Notes: generated by a model from the letters alone, not told the origin. Positions 42,090 through 57,473 are shown, counted from the stretch's first letter. The stretch is 64,000 bases of DNA from Chrysomallon squamiferum (GCA_012295275.1 CM022669.1:18228001-18292000), one strand, 5' to 3'. A program made the numbers and translations.

Positions 42090-43802
42090 TTGACTCCTGT
42101 ACAAATATGTCTACGTGTACATATATTTGTTTATTAATCGTTTCAGTTTGGTGACTTCTCTAATAAGTATTTGTATTTTAGGTGTGTTTATGTATTATTT
42201 AATTTAATTTAATAGAATTTTATTTTAATTTTATTTTAATTTATTTTATTTTATTTTAATTTATTTTATTTTATTTTATTTTATTTATTTATTTATTTAT
42301 TATTTATTTATTTATAATATTTATATCTATGCATATTATGATTAGTATTGATTTAGTTTGTGTAAATGGTTTTTGATGTTTTTTTTTTTTTCTTTTTAAA
42401 AAAAAAAAATTCAATGGTGATAGGTATATTTATGTATTCATTAATTTGATTATTAACTATTTTATCTTGTTTATTTATACGTGTTTGTTTAAACTTTAGA
42501 TGTTTTACCTAAGGTTTATTGTGTATCTTTGTTTTAGTTTCAGTTATTATTCATTCACACTCGGTGGCTTGTACAATAAATATTCGTACATTCGCGTTTG
42601 TTTAAATGTTAATCGTTTTATCGTGTTGATTAGTGTGCGGGTACGGATATCTGTTCCTGTGTGTTTGAATTTATATCAGGTAATGATGCTTGCAGATAGG
42701 TATGCAATATGCGGCTTTGTGGGTGCAGTGCTGAGGTAGATAAATGTACAAGTATTTAATGGAGAACATCTGCAACGTCTTCAAATCGTGCAGGTGTTTT
42801 TCTCTTGGCATTGATCTATGACTCCATATCTTCTCTGTTTTTTTTTTTTTTTTTTCTTTTTTTTTTTTTTCTTTTTTTTTTTTTAAATTTTTTTTTTTTT
42901 TTTTTTAAAAAATTTTTTAGATTTATAATGGCATTCTGGTGAAAAAAACCAACCCCATGAATTGATGATGATGATTATAATGATGTGATGGCGTTTGATG
43001 ACGTCGACGATGATTAGGATGATAACATTATTAGGACTACTACTACTACTATTACTACTACTACTACTTTTATCATTGCTGCTGCTTAAAAGAATAAAAT
43101 AGGGGAATAATTATACCCAAAACACCATCAACTACCACAACAACAACGAGCACTACTGCAACCACTGCTACTACTACTACAACTACTGCTACTACTACTA
43201 CAACAACAACAACAACAACTACTACTACTACTATTACTACAAACGATTAAAGTCGATTATGAAGATGATTAAAAGAATTATAATGTAAATACAATCGTCA
43301 GCTTTTATCGAGTGTGTCAACAGTTGAATTAGTTTTTCAAACTCACAAACACCCACTCCAAAGTGTGTAAGCCCATTACCCGACTCGAGCAAACACAAAT
43401 ACAATAATTTTATGATTATTACAATGATACCAGAAATAATAATAATAATAATTAAAAGAAAATTGAAAATGTTAATAATAATAAATAATAATAATAATAA
43501 TAATAATTGTAAAATTACCCCCCCTCCCCCAGGAACATAACACACCTCATCAAACAGACATAGGACAAACGTATCAAACGAAAATTTATTCAAATTCCCA
43601 AACACCGATTAACAAAAGAAAAACACGAAAAAACGTTAATGATGGCGGTGCTACGCTACACGGAGCGTTAAAAAATCCCAAAACATTTTGATCAAATTGA
43701 CTTTTCATCGTGTTTCCGACACGCTTACATAGACTAGTCAAACAAGTGAACCGATCTGCCGTGTTTACCCGATTCTTCTGATCGCTTTTTATTAAACTCC
43801 AG

Positions 43803-43840
<38 letters not shown>

Positions 43841-44368
43841 TGTGTTATTTCAGCGGAACCAAATGGGCACGCGGACAAATAAATGAAAATCATGTTCAAC
43901 ACAATTTCACAAGTTGTATTACAGCGCTGGTGTAAGATAGAGGTGGTGTGTGTGGGGGGGGTGGGTGGGGGAGGGAGGGAAATAGCGGTATTATGTTACC
44001 CGTGGTTATTAAAGCGACATCGTGGTAATTCGGAAATCGAACGGGAACAAAACAAGAAAACAAAAATACAACAAAACAAAAAAAAGAGAAGAAGAAAAAA
44101 GGCGCTGTGGGACGTGGTGTGAATTAGAGGATGATGATGACGTCGGATCCAGTGACAGCAGAAAGGCTGGCACGAAACTGAAAAAAATAAAAATAATAAT
44201 AATGTAAAACACACATTAATACAGATAATTATTTAGGATTTGTTTTTTCATGATGTGTTTTTTTTTTTTTTCTCGTCTTTAATAGAACGGCTTAATAGAA
44301 TTAATAAATATGACTTTAATGAATGGAAACGTAGGTGTGAACTATATCAATGTATAATAATAATAATA

Positions 44369-44421
<53 letters not shown>

Positions 44422-44879
44422 TCATGATGATGATGATTATAATGATTATGAAGATGAAGATGATGATATTGATGGTGCAAAATAACACTATACTAACCCC
44501 CATCAAAAAAAAAAAAGAAAAAAAAAAAAAAAAAAAAAATACGCCCACACATAAACATAAAGAAAAATAATATAAAATAAATAATCATAAACGGATCCCA
44601 TTAGTATAAAACAAATAAAAACCGCAATCTGTTATAACATTTCTTAAATATAGGATTCACCATGTGAAATCAAGACATCGGAAAAAATACTCTAAATAGA
44701 TGTGTCCAGAAAATAAGGTTAGTTTATAATTAATTTTCTGTGACTTTTGCATGTCAGTTACTTTGATCACGATGATATTTATTACAATTACTAAAACAGA
44801 AACATTGTCAAATCTTTTAAATATTTCTTACAACTTTTTTCATCAATACTACAACAAAGAGTTGAACTGGGCATGTTTA

Positions 44880-44953
<74 letters not shown>

Positions 44954-46744
44954 CTGTCTTTCTGTCTCTCTCTCTCTCACTCATACAGTAAATTTTGAAC
45001 AAATGATGAACAGGAGTAATAAAAACACAACAACAATAAGAAGAAAGTCGACGAAAAAAAAAGAAAAGAAAGAAAATGTTGAATATTTTTCATAACGTGC
45101 ATTTCTTTCCATAACGCACGAGACTGCAATACGCCATTTCGCTCGGATCCGTCTAAATCACGCAACAACGCGTGAAATGTTTGCGCGAGTTTCGAATAAT
45201 GCACGAAACCTGTTCAGTCGGAGTCAATCAGCTGACGATCGGAAAACATCGCGATACTCCGTCGGCGCCCGTTTATTTGCTCGGCTGTTGCATCAGAGGA
45301 AATCGATGCTCGTTGGTGCAAACAGTCTTGCCGCGCGCGCTCATTATTGCAGTTTCAAATTCGAATAATTTTGTTTTAATGGAACACGAATTATAACAAT
45401 AATACGCGCTAATGTGCAAAGACAATCGGAGCGTAGTTCCCAAGGTAGCAGTTTATGTTAATATCCCTGAGCGAGCGGACTGTGATGTGTTTTGGCCTGT
45501 GTGATAACACGATCAAAAGCCATCGCAGAAAATGATGGTAGACATTTGGTGAAGGGTAGAGAAAACCAATCCACAGCTTTCTGTATGCTTGATGGGTTTG
45601 ATGATTTTTTATTTTTTATTTTTTTATTTTTTTGTCAGAAAATCAAATAATAAAACGTAAGAACAATACACCAGCGAATCTTAATGTGTTTCCTTTATTG
45701 CGTTAAAATTATAATTATATATTGGATATTACGAGTGACAAACGATCTCGCTTTCCTGATGTTTTCCACTCGAAATCTTCTACAAGTGCCCTTTTTTTTT
45801 TCTGATTCACCGCGTCAGGAACCCATATGTGATTTGTTTTGTTAAAAAAAAAAAAAAAAAAAAATTTGATTGTAAAATTTAGGAAGGGAATTTAAAATAG
45901 ATATTTAGCATAGGTTGAATGTTCAGTATCCAAAATCAGAGGAATTATTATTATTTTTTTTTTTGTTCTGTATAAATGATCATGGATATCATTATGTATT
46001 ATTGCCTTACCGGGCTTCATTTGTCTATGTTGTAAATTTTATTAAATGTTTTATTTAAAAATAAATCGTGTAGTTTAATTACGGCATGTAATAAAGGATT
46101 TGTAAAGAGTAAGGGCAATCCCTCTGAATTAATACGAAAAGTAAAAATGGCAGCAACAACAAAGAATTAATAAATATTGTTTTTAGAATATGCTATGAAA
46201 AAAAATAAATACTTGTTTTTATTCTTTGTCTAGTTCTTCAGAATATTTGTATTATAATTTGTTTGTTTTTTTAAAATTAAAATTGTTATGATCACTGATC
46301 ATTAATTGCAAGGACTTTTAATCACTAATTGCAACAGCGTCAACAACATGAACAACGTCGGACTTCGTCTAACTCTGTGGCGATGACGAATAGCATGTCC
46401 AACAACGTACACATGTCAAAACATAGGTCGGATATCCTCATCCGGATATTATTTGGAATGCTAGTATTTCTGACAACGCAGGTAGGGCTGCATTTCTTTT
46501 CGTGAAACATCAGACTTGACAGGTTTACAAAGCAGCTATTTCCAAGCAGCATTTTGTCGCCGTTAGAATCAACGAACAGGAAAAAAAATCAACAAAGAAA
46601 CACCGTCGAAAAGTTTAGGTTTGGTTTAATAGTCATCGTCTTAGCTGAGCGACAATATTTAAAATCCAAACGTAGTTTTTGTAAAGAAAGACGCTTACTT
46701 CATCTTCTGTTACGCCACACAGTTGACAGTCTAACCCACTCCAT

Positions 46745-46935
46745 TGCTAACTCGCTAACTTCAGCGTGCTAACAGCCCAGCTAATTTACTAACTTGCTGT
46801 TATTGTTATTGTTGCTAACAACCTAACTCGCTAATTTACTAACTCATTAATTGCAGCAGCCTGCTAACAATCTAACTTGCTCATTTACTAAATCGTTAAC
46901 TTGCACATAAACTAACTTTCTAATTTACTAACACA
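46745..46935. repeat. Degenerate CTAAC-rich tandem repeat (CTAACTCGCTAATTTACTAAC)
   Basis: Four to five recurrences of GCTAATTTACTAAC-like units. Confidence 0.8.
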
Positions 46936-47400
46936 CTTATTAAATATTAGTATAATTTCCTGAGGACTAAAGCAAGTGAAAACCATGTGAGGTGTTGAAA
47001 TGAAGAAATTCTTACGAGTCGAGATTCAGGAAAATGTCCCAATCCGAACTCCGTAGATTTTACAATCGCCTGAAAGATGACAATAATTTATACAAATGAT
47101 AGCACGTGTTTGTACCGAGCGACCTAGGAAATGTATCAGTGTAGCACCTGATAAATTAGTGACTTTTAAAAAAAATGTTTCAAAAAATTTAAAATTAAAA
47201 AAAATTAACCTTCCTTTGGAAACTCACATATGTTGCTTATTTCAGTGTCACTTTATCGTGTCCTGCTAATTTCTGTAACAGTGTCACTTTTTTCTTTTTC
47301 TTTTATCTTAAATTAAATAGTTTTATAACAGGATCTGTCACAAAACGTTAATATCAGAATTAAATTTAAAAAAAAAATTCTTTCTTCCTTTCTTTTCTTT

Positions 47401-47436
<36 letters not shown>

Positions 47437-47996
47437 TCATAAACAAACTTAAAAGTTATCTTTCTAGTCATTTTCAATGAAAATTGTTAATCAAATAGAT
47501 GATTTAGCTTCCTTACACTTATACAAACAAACAATTACATTTTGGTTTGGAAGGAGCATTCGGTCACAAAACCAGCCGAAATTTTTGGAGCTATGATGAT
47601 TATTTTGTGGTCAGACGACACAGTTCGAGTGTCAAAAATTTCGCGAATGGAAGCTCGATATACACTTGAACCTTTTCTATCGATTTTTTTTTTTTTTGAA
47701 CAAATTTGGATGAATGATTTTTGTGTAGTGTGACCAGCCTTTTGGGTTATCTAGTAATTTGACAAGTTTCTTAAAACGATTAGTAGAGAAATCAGAACAC
47801 GCGACCCCTCTTAAGACATTGACAGGTTACTGCGTCAGATTTTGACAGCGTAAGTTTTATCTATCTGGAGTTATTTCTGTGTCAGAGTTGTTTCCCTTGT
47901 ACCAATACCTACATGTAAAAACTTACCTTGTAAGTGTGTGTGTGTGTGTGTGTGAAGAGGATATTTTAATCGAAGAGAGAGAGAGAAAAAGAAATA

Positions 47997-48122
<126 letters not shown>

Positions 48123-49441
48123 TTACTTTTTCCTACAGGCGAATATCTAAATCCATTAGGAAATGATTATAAGTTACATTTTGAGTTAAATTTAATACAC
48201 CTGTTAACAGCTTTCCTGCATTCAAATCATTACTTTACAAGTACGTGGCTTTAATGTTTTTTCTTTCTTTCTTTGGTTTTTTTTTTTCTCTTACTGGCTG
48301 GCGGGCACATGTATGAAGTTTGAAGATAATATATATCCATGTGACTGATTTATTTCTTTTAAGTTTAATTTATATTTATGTAATGTTAATTTTATGTTAT
48401 TTATACTGTATTAGTTTTTATATAATGTTCTTTTGATTTATCTACATGCAGTATCTTAATCATTTTTATTATTTTTATTTATTTGTTTATTTATTTATTT
48501 ATTGATTATGTTATTTTAATTGAATTTTATGTTGGTTTCAATACATATAGTACCTTATTACTTTTCGTTTTACACACATACACACACACACACACACACG
48601 TTTTAATTTTAATTTTTATTTTCCGATTTCGATTTCTGTCCATATGGATTTGTTTTCTTCACTTTTACAGTAATCAGTGGAAATTTAACAGTGAATAACG
48701 GATTCATAATAAAGGAATCATTGAAGAAACACATCTTCTTTCCTCAGTGGAATAATTAAGCAATTAATTATTAAATTTCCATTCCTTTTCTACAGTCACC
48801 CCTCTCATCATCTTTCCCTTCCAAACCTCTACACCTTTTAATCATTTTCCATTTATTGCAAAACTACCATATAATAATATTTCCCTCCATATTCTATTAA
48901 TCTAAGCCCGAGTTAGTACGGCGTGTGATAATTTTAATGCATACAGTAATCTCCAGTATGTCTGCTTTTATCGCGAGTCTAGGAAAGCTATTTTGACAGA
49001 TGGATTAGGCTTGTAAGATGAGGAAAACCCGTTCCCCAGCTCAAACTCCGCAAAAACAGAGCTTTTCTATTTTCTTTCACAACAATTCACAAAACGCTGT
49101 TTTTCTTATCAAAAGGCCAGCTTGCAGTGTACATAAGGAACTACTTATTTTTCCTCTCTCCTGAATAATCGTGCGTCTTATCCGTGTAGCTGCAAAAGAT
49201 TACATAAGAGCAGACGACGATATGCCTATCTCCCGCCATTTGTGCTACGCTGCACGTTCGGGGTCAGCAGAGGTGACCTTTTGGGTCTTCGTCTGCCGTA
49301 TAGCTTATCTCAGTCGTTTCGGCTGTTGCATAAATGTAATGTCAATATGTCGTAAAGATCAATTTCTTTTCCAAACATGCATGTTTTGTGTTTGTTTATA
49401 TACCGTTAAGAACATAAAAGGAACGTTAAAAAAAAAGAAAG

Positions 49442-49472
<31 letters not shown>

Positions 49473-50855
49473 AAGTTCTGACGCAGGTAATAGAAATGGC
49501 GTGATATGGTGACATCCAAAAAATGTATTTCATAATTATGATATATATATTTTTTATTATTATTAATATATTTATTAATTTTTAAATCTTTAACACAAGA
49601 TGACCCCCTCATTTCAGAATGCGTGTAATCTTGACAGAGATTTAAAATAAATTAGTTTACTTTATTTTAATACGTGTTTAATTGTCCTACAAGTTCGTGA
49701 CCCGGTGCATTCTTTTGAAGACATTCTTTGCGTATCTGTCGTAGACTTAATTCAGGCTGTATCAAGCATAAAATACTTAACACACGCAGGGTCAACCTAT
49801 TATCGACGTGTCAGCATTATATCTGTATTTTTCATGTCAAACGAAATGGATTTTAATTTAAATTTAATTTAATTGTGCTGTAAATGGGTGTTAAAAAGCA
49901 CATTAAAAATCATACGCATTGATAACTTAATGTTAGGAAATTCATTTTATAATTTTCTATTCTGACATATTTCTGTTCTTTTCTGTTGAGAAAAACAACA
50001 ACATGTATCTTTATATTTATTAATTTCAGATAATGATGATGATGATGATGATAATAATAATGATGATGATGATGATGATGATGCTGATGATGATAAATTC
50101 AAAATCAAAACAGCTTCCCCTGCACATTCAAAGGAGATAAAAAATTGAATTTATTCTATTTTATTTATTCATTTATTCACAACGAAACCTTTACATTCCT
50201 CAAATTAAAATTTAATTCTTTTTCCTTCCCTCACTTCAACGAAATACTAAAATAATCAGCTAGACATATAAATCATTAAATTTACTTTACATTAATATAC
50301 ATTTTAACAACACACTTAGACAGACAGACACACAGACAAGGATCTGATTTATTACTGTGTGTCACTTAGTTCTATTTTATTACCTGCAAACACAAATCTT
50401 TTCATGTGAGATTTTTACAAAAGCTTCAAAGGCTGAAGGATAATAAATAGAGCGTTCGCTTCACGTGCCAAGGGTCCCTAGATCAAATCACTTTAATGCC
50501 TCAACAAACTTGTTTTCCCGTTCCTGCCAGCGAGCCACGACCGATTGATTATCAAATGCCGTGATATATTCTTTACTGCTAGCAAAAATGCCATATTTTT
50601 TCCTTTTCAGCAAAAAATTATTGAAACTTAATCGTTATGGTATAGTTCCTAAATATATAAAATTGTAATATTTCTGGTGTGTTTTTAAATAATCACGTAT
50701 TTAAGGATGTCATAGTTTTATATAGAAAGGCGAAAAATTAATATTATTGTAAACATATATATATATATATTGTGTTCATTGTTTTGATGAAATTTAATAA
50801 TTATCAGTGGTAATTGCATAAGAAATTAATTTCTTCTTCTTCTTTTTCTTTTTCC

Positions 50856-50886
<31 letters not shown>

Positions 50887-51579
50887 CTTCTTTTTATTTT
50901 ATTGTTATTGTTACTGTTATTGTTGTTGTTGTTATTATTATTATTATTATTATTATTTTACATATTCTCATTTTAATTTTAAAAATGTTTCATTTCCGAT
51001 TAGACTGGAATTTAGTGTAATGTTAGTGTGGTTGATTGTTACGTAAAATACGCTCTTAAATTTATTAATTTATACAATTTCATTCACTGTTGTGGAATCG
51101 AAACACAAACATACACTTCACCCCCAAACAAAACAGCAACAGCAACTGTGACAACAGTAACTGTAGTAACAGCAGCAAAAACAAATTAGAATGAAATAAA
51201 AATATAAAAATCCGTTACAGAAAATTCAACTGTCCCTGAGTCAGAAATAAAAACGAAGACTTCAGAATCTAAAAACTAAGGAAATAAATCAATAAATGTA
51301 AATGAAACAAAAATTAATAATAATAAAAAATTGAAAAATAGAAAAGAATTAAAAGATAAAAAAGGAGAAGAAAATAAAATATAATATAAAAATAAAATAC
51401 ACGAATAAAAATATTTTTATTAAAGAATGAGTGAAGAAAAAATATAAGGATAAAAAGTATTGATTGAGCAATAAATAAAAATAATAACATTATATGAAGG
51501 GAAATAAATAATTTCTAAAAAATTATACTCAGCTGTAAAATTGAAAATAATAAAATGAAAAAAGGAGAAGCACATTTTT

Positions 51580-51676
51580 ATAATAAATAAATAAATAAAT
51601 ATATAAATAAATAAATTTAAAAAATTATAATTAAAAGTTATTTATAATTAAATTAAAAATAATTATATATCAAAAA

Positions 51677-51728
<52 letters not shown>

Positions 51729-51793
51729 CAACAACAATAACAACAATGATATTAATAATAAAAATTAAGAAAGAGACACATTAATTTAAAATA

Positions 51794-51825
<32 letters not shown>

Positions 51826-52058
51826 CCTAATAAATAAAGATAAAATAAAAAATAAAAATAAAAATAGCAAATAAAATAAAATAAAATAAAATAAAAAATA
51901 AAATAAAATAAAATACAGTAAAATAAAAAGCAATAAAATGCATTGCAAATCAATAGAATAAAATAGCAAATAAAAATAAATAAATAAAATAAAATAAAAT
52001 AAAATAAAATAAACAAAATAAAATAAGTGTGTTTCTGTGTGTGTATATATACAGACAC

Positions 52059-52123
<65 letters not shown>

Positions 52124-52270
52124 TATTAAAATAAATAAATAAATAAATAAATATATAATAAACAAAATAAACAAAAAATAAAAAAATAAAAAAAAATAAA
52201 AATAAATATAACTAAATAATAATAATAATAAAAAAAATAAATAACTAACAACAACAACAACAAGCAACAA
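51580..52270. repeat. A-rich simple-repeat block ((AAAT)n, (AAAAT)n, (AAT)n)
   Basis: Direct inspection. Confidence 0.9.
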
Positions 52271-52663
52271 ATTAAAACACCCAAAAATAAAGCACAAGGC
52301 CTACGTGAACTACGTCAAACACAGAGGTAGGAGTTACACACGGTGTAGAGTTTTACGACTGATGCGCGTATAATAATTGTCTGAACGTAAGCTAACGTGA
52401 GTATATCACTGACGGTTGGGAAATAAACGTCGGGTTTGTATCGGTAGAAATGGGATCTACGTGTTTATTTACAGCGTGCAGTCAGCTTGGTGGGTTGGTA
52501 TCAGTAATTGTGCTACAAAACAGCAATAATTTAGTAATTATAAGCTCAGTTTCAGGTAGATGTCCTTTGGACGCTGTCAAGTATACATGGCCGACTTATT
52601 GTTTGATATAATATAATATATTTACCTCTTTTTCTTCTTCTTCTTTTTTTTTTCTGTATTATT

Positions 52664-52694
<31 letters not shown>

Positions 52695-52702
52695 TTTTTT
52701 GT

Positions 52703-52741
<39 letters not shown>

Positions 52742-53138
52742 TTTTTGTTTATTTATATATTTATTTATTTATTTATTTTTGTTTGTTTATATTACTATTT
52801 ATTTGTATATTAAATGTGGTTGTTTACTATTTTATATTTAAGTAATATAAACAATATATATATATATGTATATGTATATATGTATTAGTAACAGTAACAG
52901 TAATGATGATGATGGTGATAATGTAACAACAACAACAATAACAATAATACCAATACTTATATTATTACCACTACTATTATGACTACTATTACTGCTATTA
53001 CTACTATTAATAATATTTTAAACGTCTAACGTAAGTAAATCTTTTTTATTTTTTAATTCTCGAAATATGAGGCAAAGAATAATTCGATAATTTGCAGAGA
53101 GGAAACAAAATCGACTTTGTAAATACAAAAATATTGTG

Positions 53139-53935
53139 TATTGCTATGAAATAATTGATATTATTGTGACGTCTACTACTGTTGATTATATAATTAATTT
53201 CATAACAATACTGCTAACACACAAAAATAAAAAAAAAAAAAAATAAAAAAATAAATAAAGGAAGACTTAATATTATTGTTACTGCTTTGCTAAGTAATAA
53301 AAATAGGGTCTATTTACCGTTATTGTTGTTGTTATAAAATGCGTATTTGATAAATACCGTCACAGCTATTTCTGCGTGAAATACAAGCCACTTGATAATC
53401 ATTAACAGTTATTGCTTCAGAAACAACAACAAAAAATACTGGATTAACCTCTGTAATTATTTATTGTCACGAAATATGAAATACTGGGAATTACTGTCAA
53501 AGCTATTTTTGTGAAATATAAATTAAATATAAACGTAATTTTGACCGTTATAGCTAACGCTGTACAATAAGAAATATTCGATATTACCAAATTAAGTATT
53601 TCTATGAAATAAGGAATCCTTGGAACTGTTATATATGTATATCTAGTATTGAAATCTAATACACTGTAATTATTATTTTATTTATATATTTATTGCTATG
53701 AACTTTAAAATACTGTAGTCAGGTTTTGTTGTGAAATATAAAATAGAGAGAATAGGTTTTGTTATATAAAATATTGTATATTACCATTATTCAGCTTTTG
53801 TTATGAAATACAAAAATATTATAATCCTCTGTTATAGTTACTAATATTGGTATAAATTAAAAAATATTCGATTTTCTTTTTACAGCTGTTACGAGTGGTA
53901 TGAAAGTGTAATTGCATAAAACTATATTAACAGTA
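53139..53935. repeat. Highly degenerate ~40-45-bp tandem repeat (..TACCGTTATAGCTATTGCTATGAAATA..)
   Basis: Recurrent (C/T)TATGAAATA / GTGAAATA motifs preceded by ACCGT/ACTGT...AGCTAT-like stretches; one inverted unit at 53197-53210. Confidence 0.6.
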
Positions 53936-54014
53936 ATACTCTTAATACTTATGTTTGGTAGAGACTGCAATTGTTTTAAAATAAGACCAAAAGAAAAGAA
54001 AAAAAAGAAGAAGA

Positions 54015-54129
<115 letters not shown>

Positions 54130-55865
54130 TTTAAACTCTATCATATATTTAATAGGTACAAATAGAGGACAGAACATAAATTTTGACAGTGGTGAGTAAC
54201 GTAAGATAGAACATAAGAAAAAACAAGGTTCAACGACTTTATTAGGTTTTATTTCAGTTTCGCATTTAAATACTTCACAGAAATTGCACACGTCTTCATC
54301 CATCCAGTATTAGTTTTATTTATTCTCGTCATGGAACTTCCAACCATTAAGTTCAATATAAAAAAAAAAAAAATAATAATAATAATAAAAAATAATAATA
54401 AAAAAAAAAATAATAATCAAAAAAAAAAAACGGGAACTATATCCCAGCGCGCACGGATTCGGTAGGAGGCGTGCAGCGTTCCTGTCGAGGCCAGCGAGAC
54501 TCCACCCCTGACACGCATGTCAGAATCGGTCGATGAGATCTGCTCCGACATAATTAGTGTCAGCGAACCTACGAGAACCCGCGAGAGGCGTGTTACATTC
54601 ATTATTCGACTTCACGATCTCTCCTCGTTTCACTGACACTCGACACACACTCCGGGCCATTTCAGACCAGCGCGCCGAGAGCCCTAATCCAAGATTTTTT
54701 TGCTTTAATAGAACAACCACTAATGCCATGACGTCTTCGTCTTCGTCTTCTTCTTCTTCTTCGTCTACTTTCCCCCAAAGGTGTCGGCGAATCGCAAATT
54801 ACTGCACTCGTGGCTAATAGACGGCCGAGAGATACTCTCGGTCCTTGAGGACAATAAAATATATTTACTTGACAACTTTTTAATATTTTCTAGTTACATT
54901 TTTTTTTTTTTTTTTTTTTTTCTCTTTTACTCCGCCCGAAGTAAGAGCGAATGATAATAATAAAAAATAAAAATAAAAAAAATAGAAAGAAAATTTCATT
55001 TATTATTTATAGAACTAACCAAGAGATTTGCAAGGGATTATAATGGGCGGATCAATCTTTGACGTTTTTTCTTCTTTTTTTTTCCGTTTTTTTTTAATTT
55101 CTTTTTTAATTTTTTTTTCTTTGCTATTATTTTTTCTTCTTTCTCTCTCTATACGTTAAACTGGTAGCTTTTGTGCGGAGTTAATTAATCGACGCAGCGA
55201 AGTAGCCGAAGAAGTAAAAAATAGTGTTGCCTTAAGAAAATTTCGACGTTCTTATGGTCATTTAGAGAAAAGCCTTCTTCGACAAATGGACGTTTATTAT
55301 TATTAGCCAGCATTTCATTTGCCAAATGGAGCAATAAAGAGAATCATTTAGCTACTTTTTTCAAGCATATCGATGAGGTAAGCTTCTTAAATCTTTGTAA
55401 TGGCGTATTTTCAATTACGTTTTATCAACATATTTGTTAAAAGATCAGCTAGGGGTTTTTGCCTGCTGGGAAATAAAGGAATATAAAAAAAGAAAATAGT
55501 AATAATAAAAAAAAGATATTTAAAAAACGAGGTAAAATCTAGAATATGAACTAGTAACAAAAATTAGTAATAATAAATAAATAAATAAATACATTAAACA
55601 AAATAATATGAAACAAAACAGAGAAATAGGTTCTTTAAACAAATTTGGTTGAATTATTATTATTATTATTATTATTATTTAAAAAGCGATGTTTTTGTAA
55701 CAGATATTTTCGTACGTAAATTATTAAACCAAAAAAAAAAAAAAAAAAAAATTGATTCATTTATCATCTTTATCATTGCCATCATATTTCATATTAACAA
55801 TCATCATAATTATCATTATTTTTTTATAACTGTATATCATCATCCTTAATGATTTTTTTTTTTTT

Positions 55866-56005
55866 ATTTTGATTGTAATTTTAAAAATATTTTATCAGTG
55901 TGTTTAACAGTCACATAACAGTACATATAAAACAACATATAGATGTACAGAATGTACAAGATTATTAAACACTTGACACATTTCAAAATATTCATCTAGC
56001 TTAAA
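55866..56005 (+). repeat. Dispersed ~140-bp repeat, copy A
   Basis: Colinear similarity with 58469-58610 (ATTTTGATTGTAATTTT..AAATATTTTAT, CAGTCA, TATAGATGTACAG, ACATTTCAAA, CTTAAA). Confidence 0.8.
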
Positions 56006-57218
56006 CTATTTCTAAATATCTTGTACGTAATGAAACCAGGGATGAAATATAGAACCGCTTTTAATACGCTTATGACGTTTGCATTAATGCAAATGCAAAT
56101 GTATATCGAAAGTATAACACTGTCAACATTTATTATTAAAATATTTTATATCCGTTATATATATACGACTTAAATAAATAATGAATTAGGTATTGAAATG
56201 CATATTGAAAAATCATTGTAGTATAAGACAGTTAATTCCTATATTAAAAATAAACGTTTTATGTGAACGATTTTCTGGCTTTGAAATATTCACGTAATGA
56301 AAAAAATAGCGTGCTGTTTGATATTTTTTGTTATTACTGATCCATTGTAAGATTCAATAAGTGAAGAATGAATAAAGATTATACAGAATAAGTAAATAAA
56401 TAAAGAGGTCAATCAATAAGTAAATATAATACATGAATGGGCAAATTCAGAATAAGCTTGATGAGTAATAACAACAACAAAAATAACATCAACAACAAAA
56501 TAAACATAAAAAAACCAACATAAATTATTAACACATAAATAAATAAATGAATGAATAAATAAATAAATAAATAAATAAATGAATGAATAAATAAATGAAT
56601 AAATAAACAAACAAATAAACAAATAAATAAATAAATAAACAAACAAACAAACAAATAAATAAATAAATAAAACCAAATAAACTATTAAAAAAACAAACCA
56701 CAACAACAACAACAACAACCAACAATGAAATTAAAACCCATAAATATATATATATAATAAAATAAATTAAAATAAAATATAACAAAACAAAGCAAACAAA
56801 CAAACAAACAAACAAACCAAGCAACTAAACAAACAAATAAAAACAAACAACATAAATAAATAAATGAAATTCCGCGACAGCGGTCGAGAAATTCCCACGC
56901 TGCTGGAAGATGTGAGTCAACTAGCACAGAATGCAACGCGGGGGCACGGAATGGAATAAACTTTGACTGAAATTGTTTTTAATGTCAATTTTCATATAAT
57001 TATGGAGTATTTCTGAGTTCGCGTTGTGTAACGCACGTGGGAAATGTCTATGTTTGATGTCCCTGATGTCGTGAAAAAATTGTAAGGCAACCTTTTGGCG
57101 TGTGTCAAAACACGTCACAAAGACAATCTTTGTGTCAGAATTTTCTGTTGTTTTAATTGTAATTGTCCGGTTTGTTTTGAAGAGATTATTTTATTTATTT
57201 GTTTTTTTTGTGTGTTTT

Positions 57219-57254
<36 letters not shown>

Positions 57255-57391
57255 CATTGTATTTATTGTCTAGAGACATATGTATATGGTATTTAGGTAT
57301 AAATGTATGTATGTATGTATGTATGCTAGTATAAATGCATATAATTTATGTAATGATGTATATATGTATTAATGTATATAATGTGTGTGCC

Positions 57392-57473
<82 letters not shown>

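Noticed and set aside
49171-49512. ORF with ankyrin-like LCYAARSGSAEV
   Set aside because: Lacks the TPLH start and the following helix, has no flanking splice sites, and runs into poly-A.
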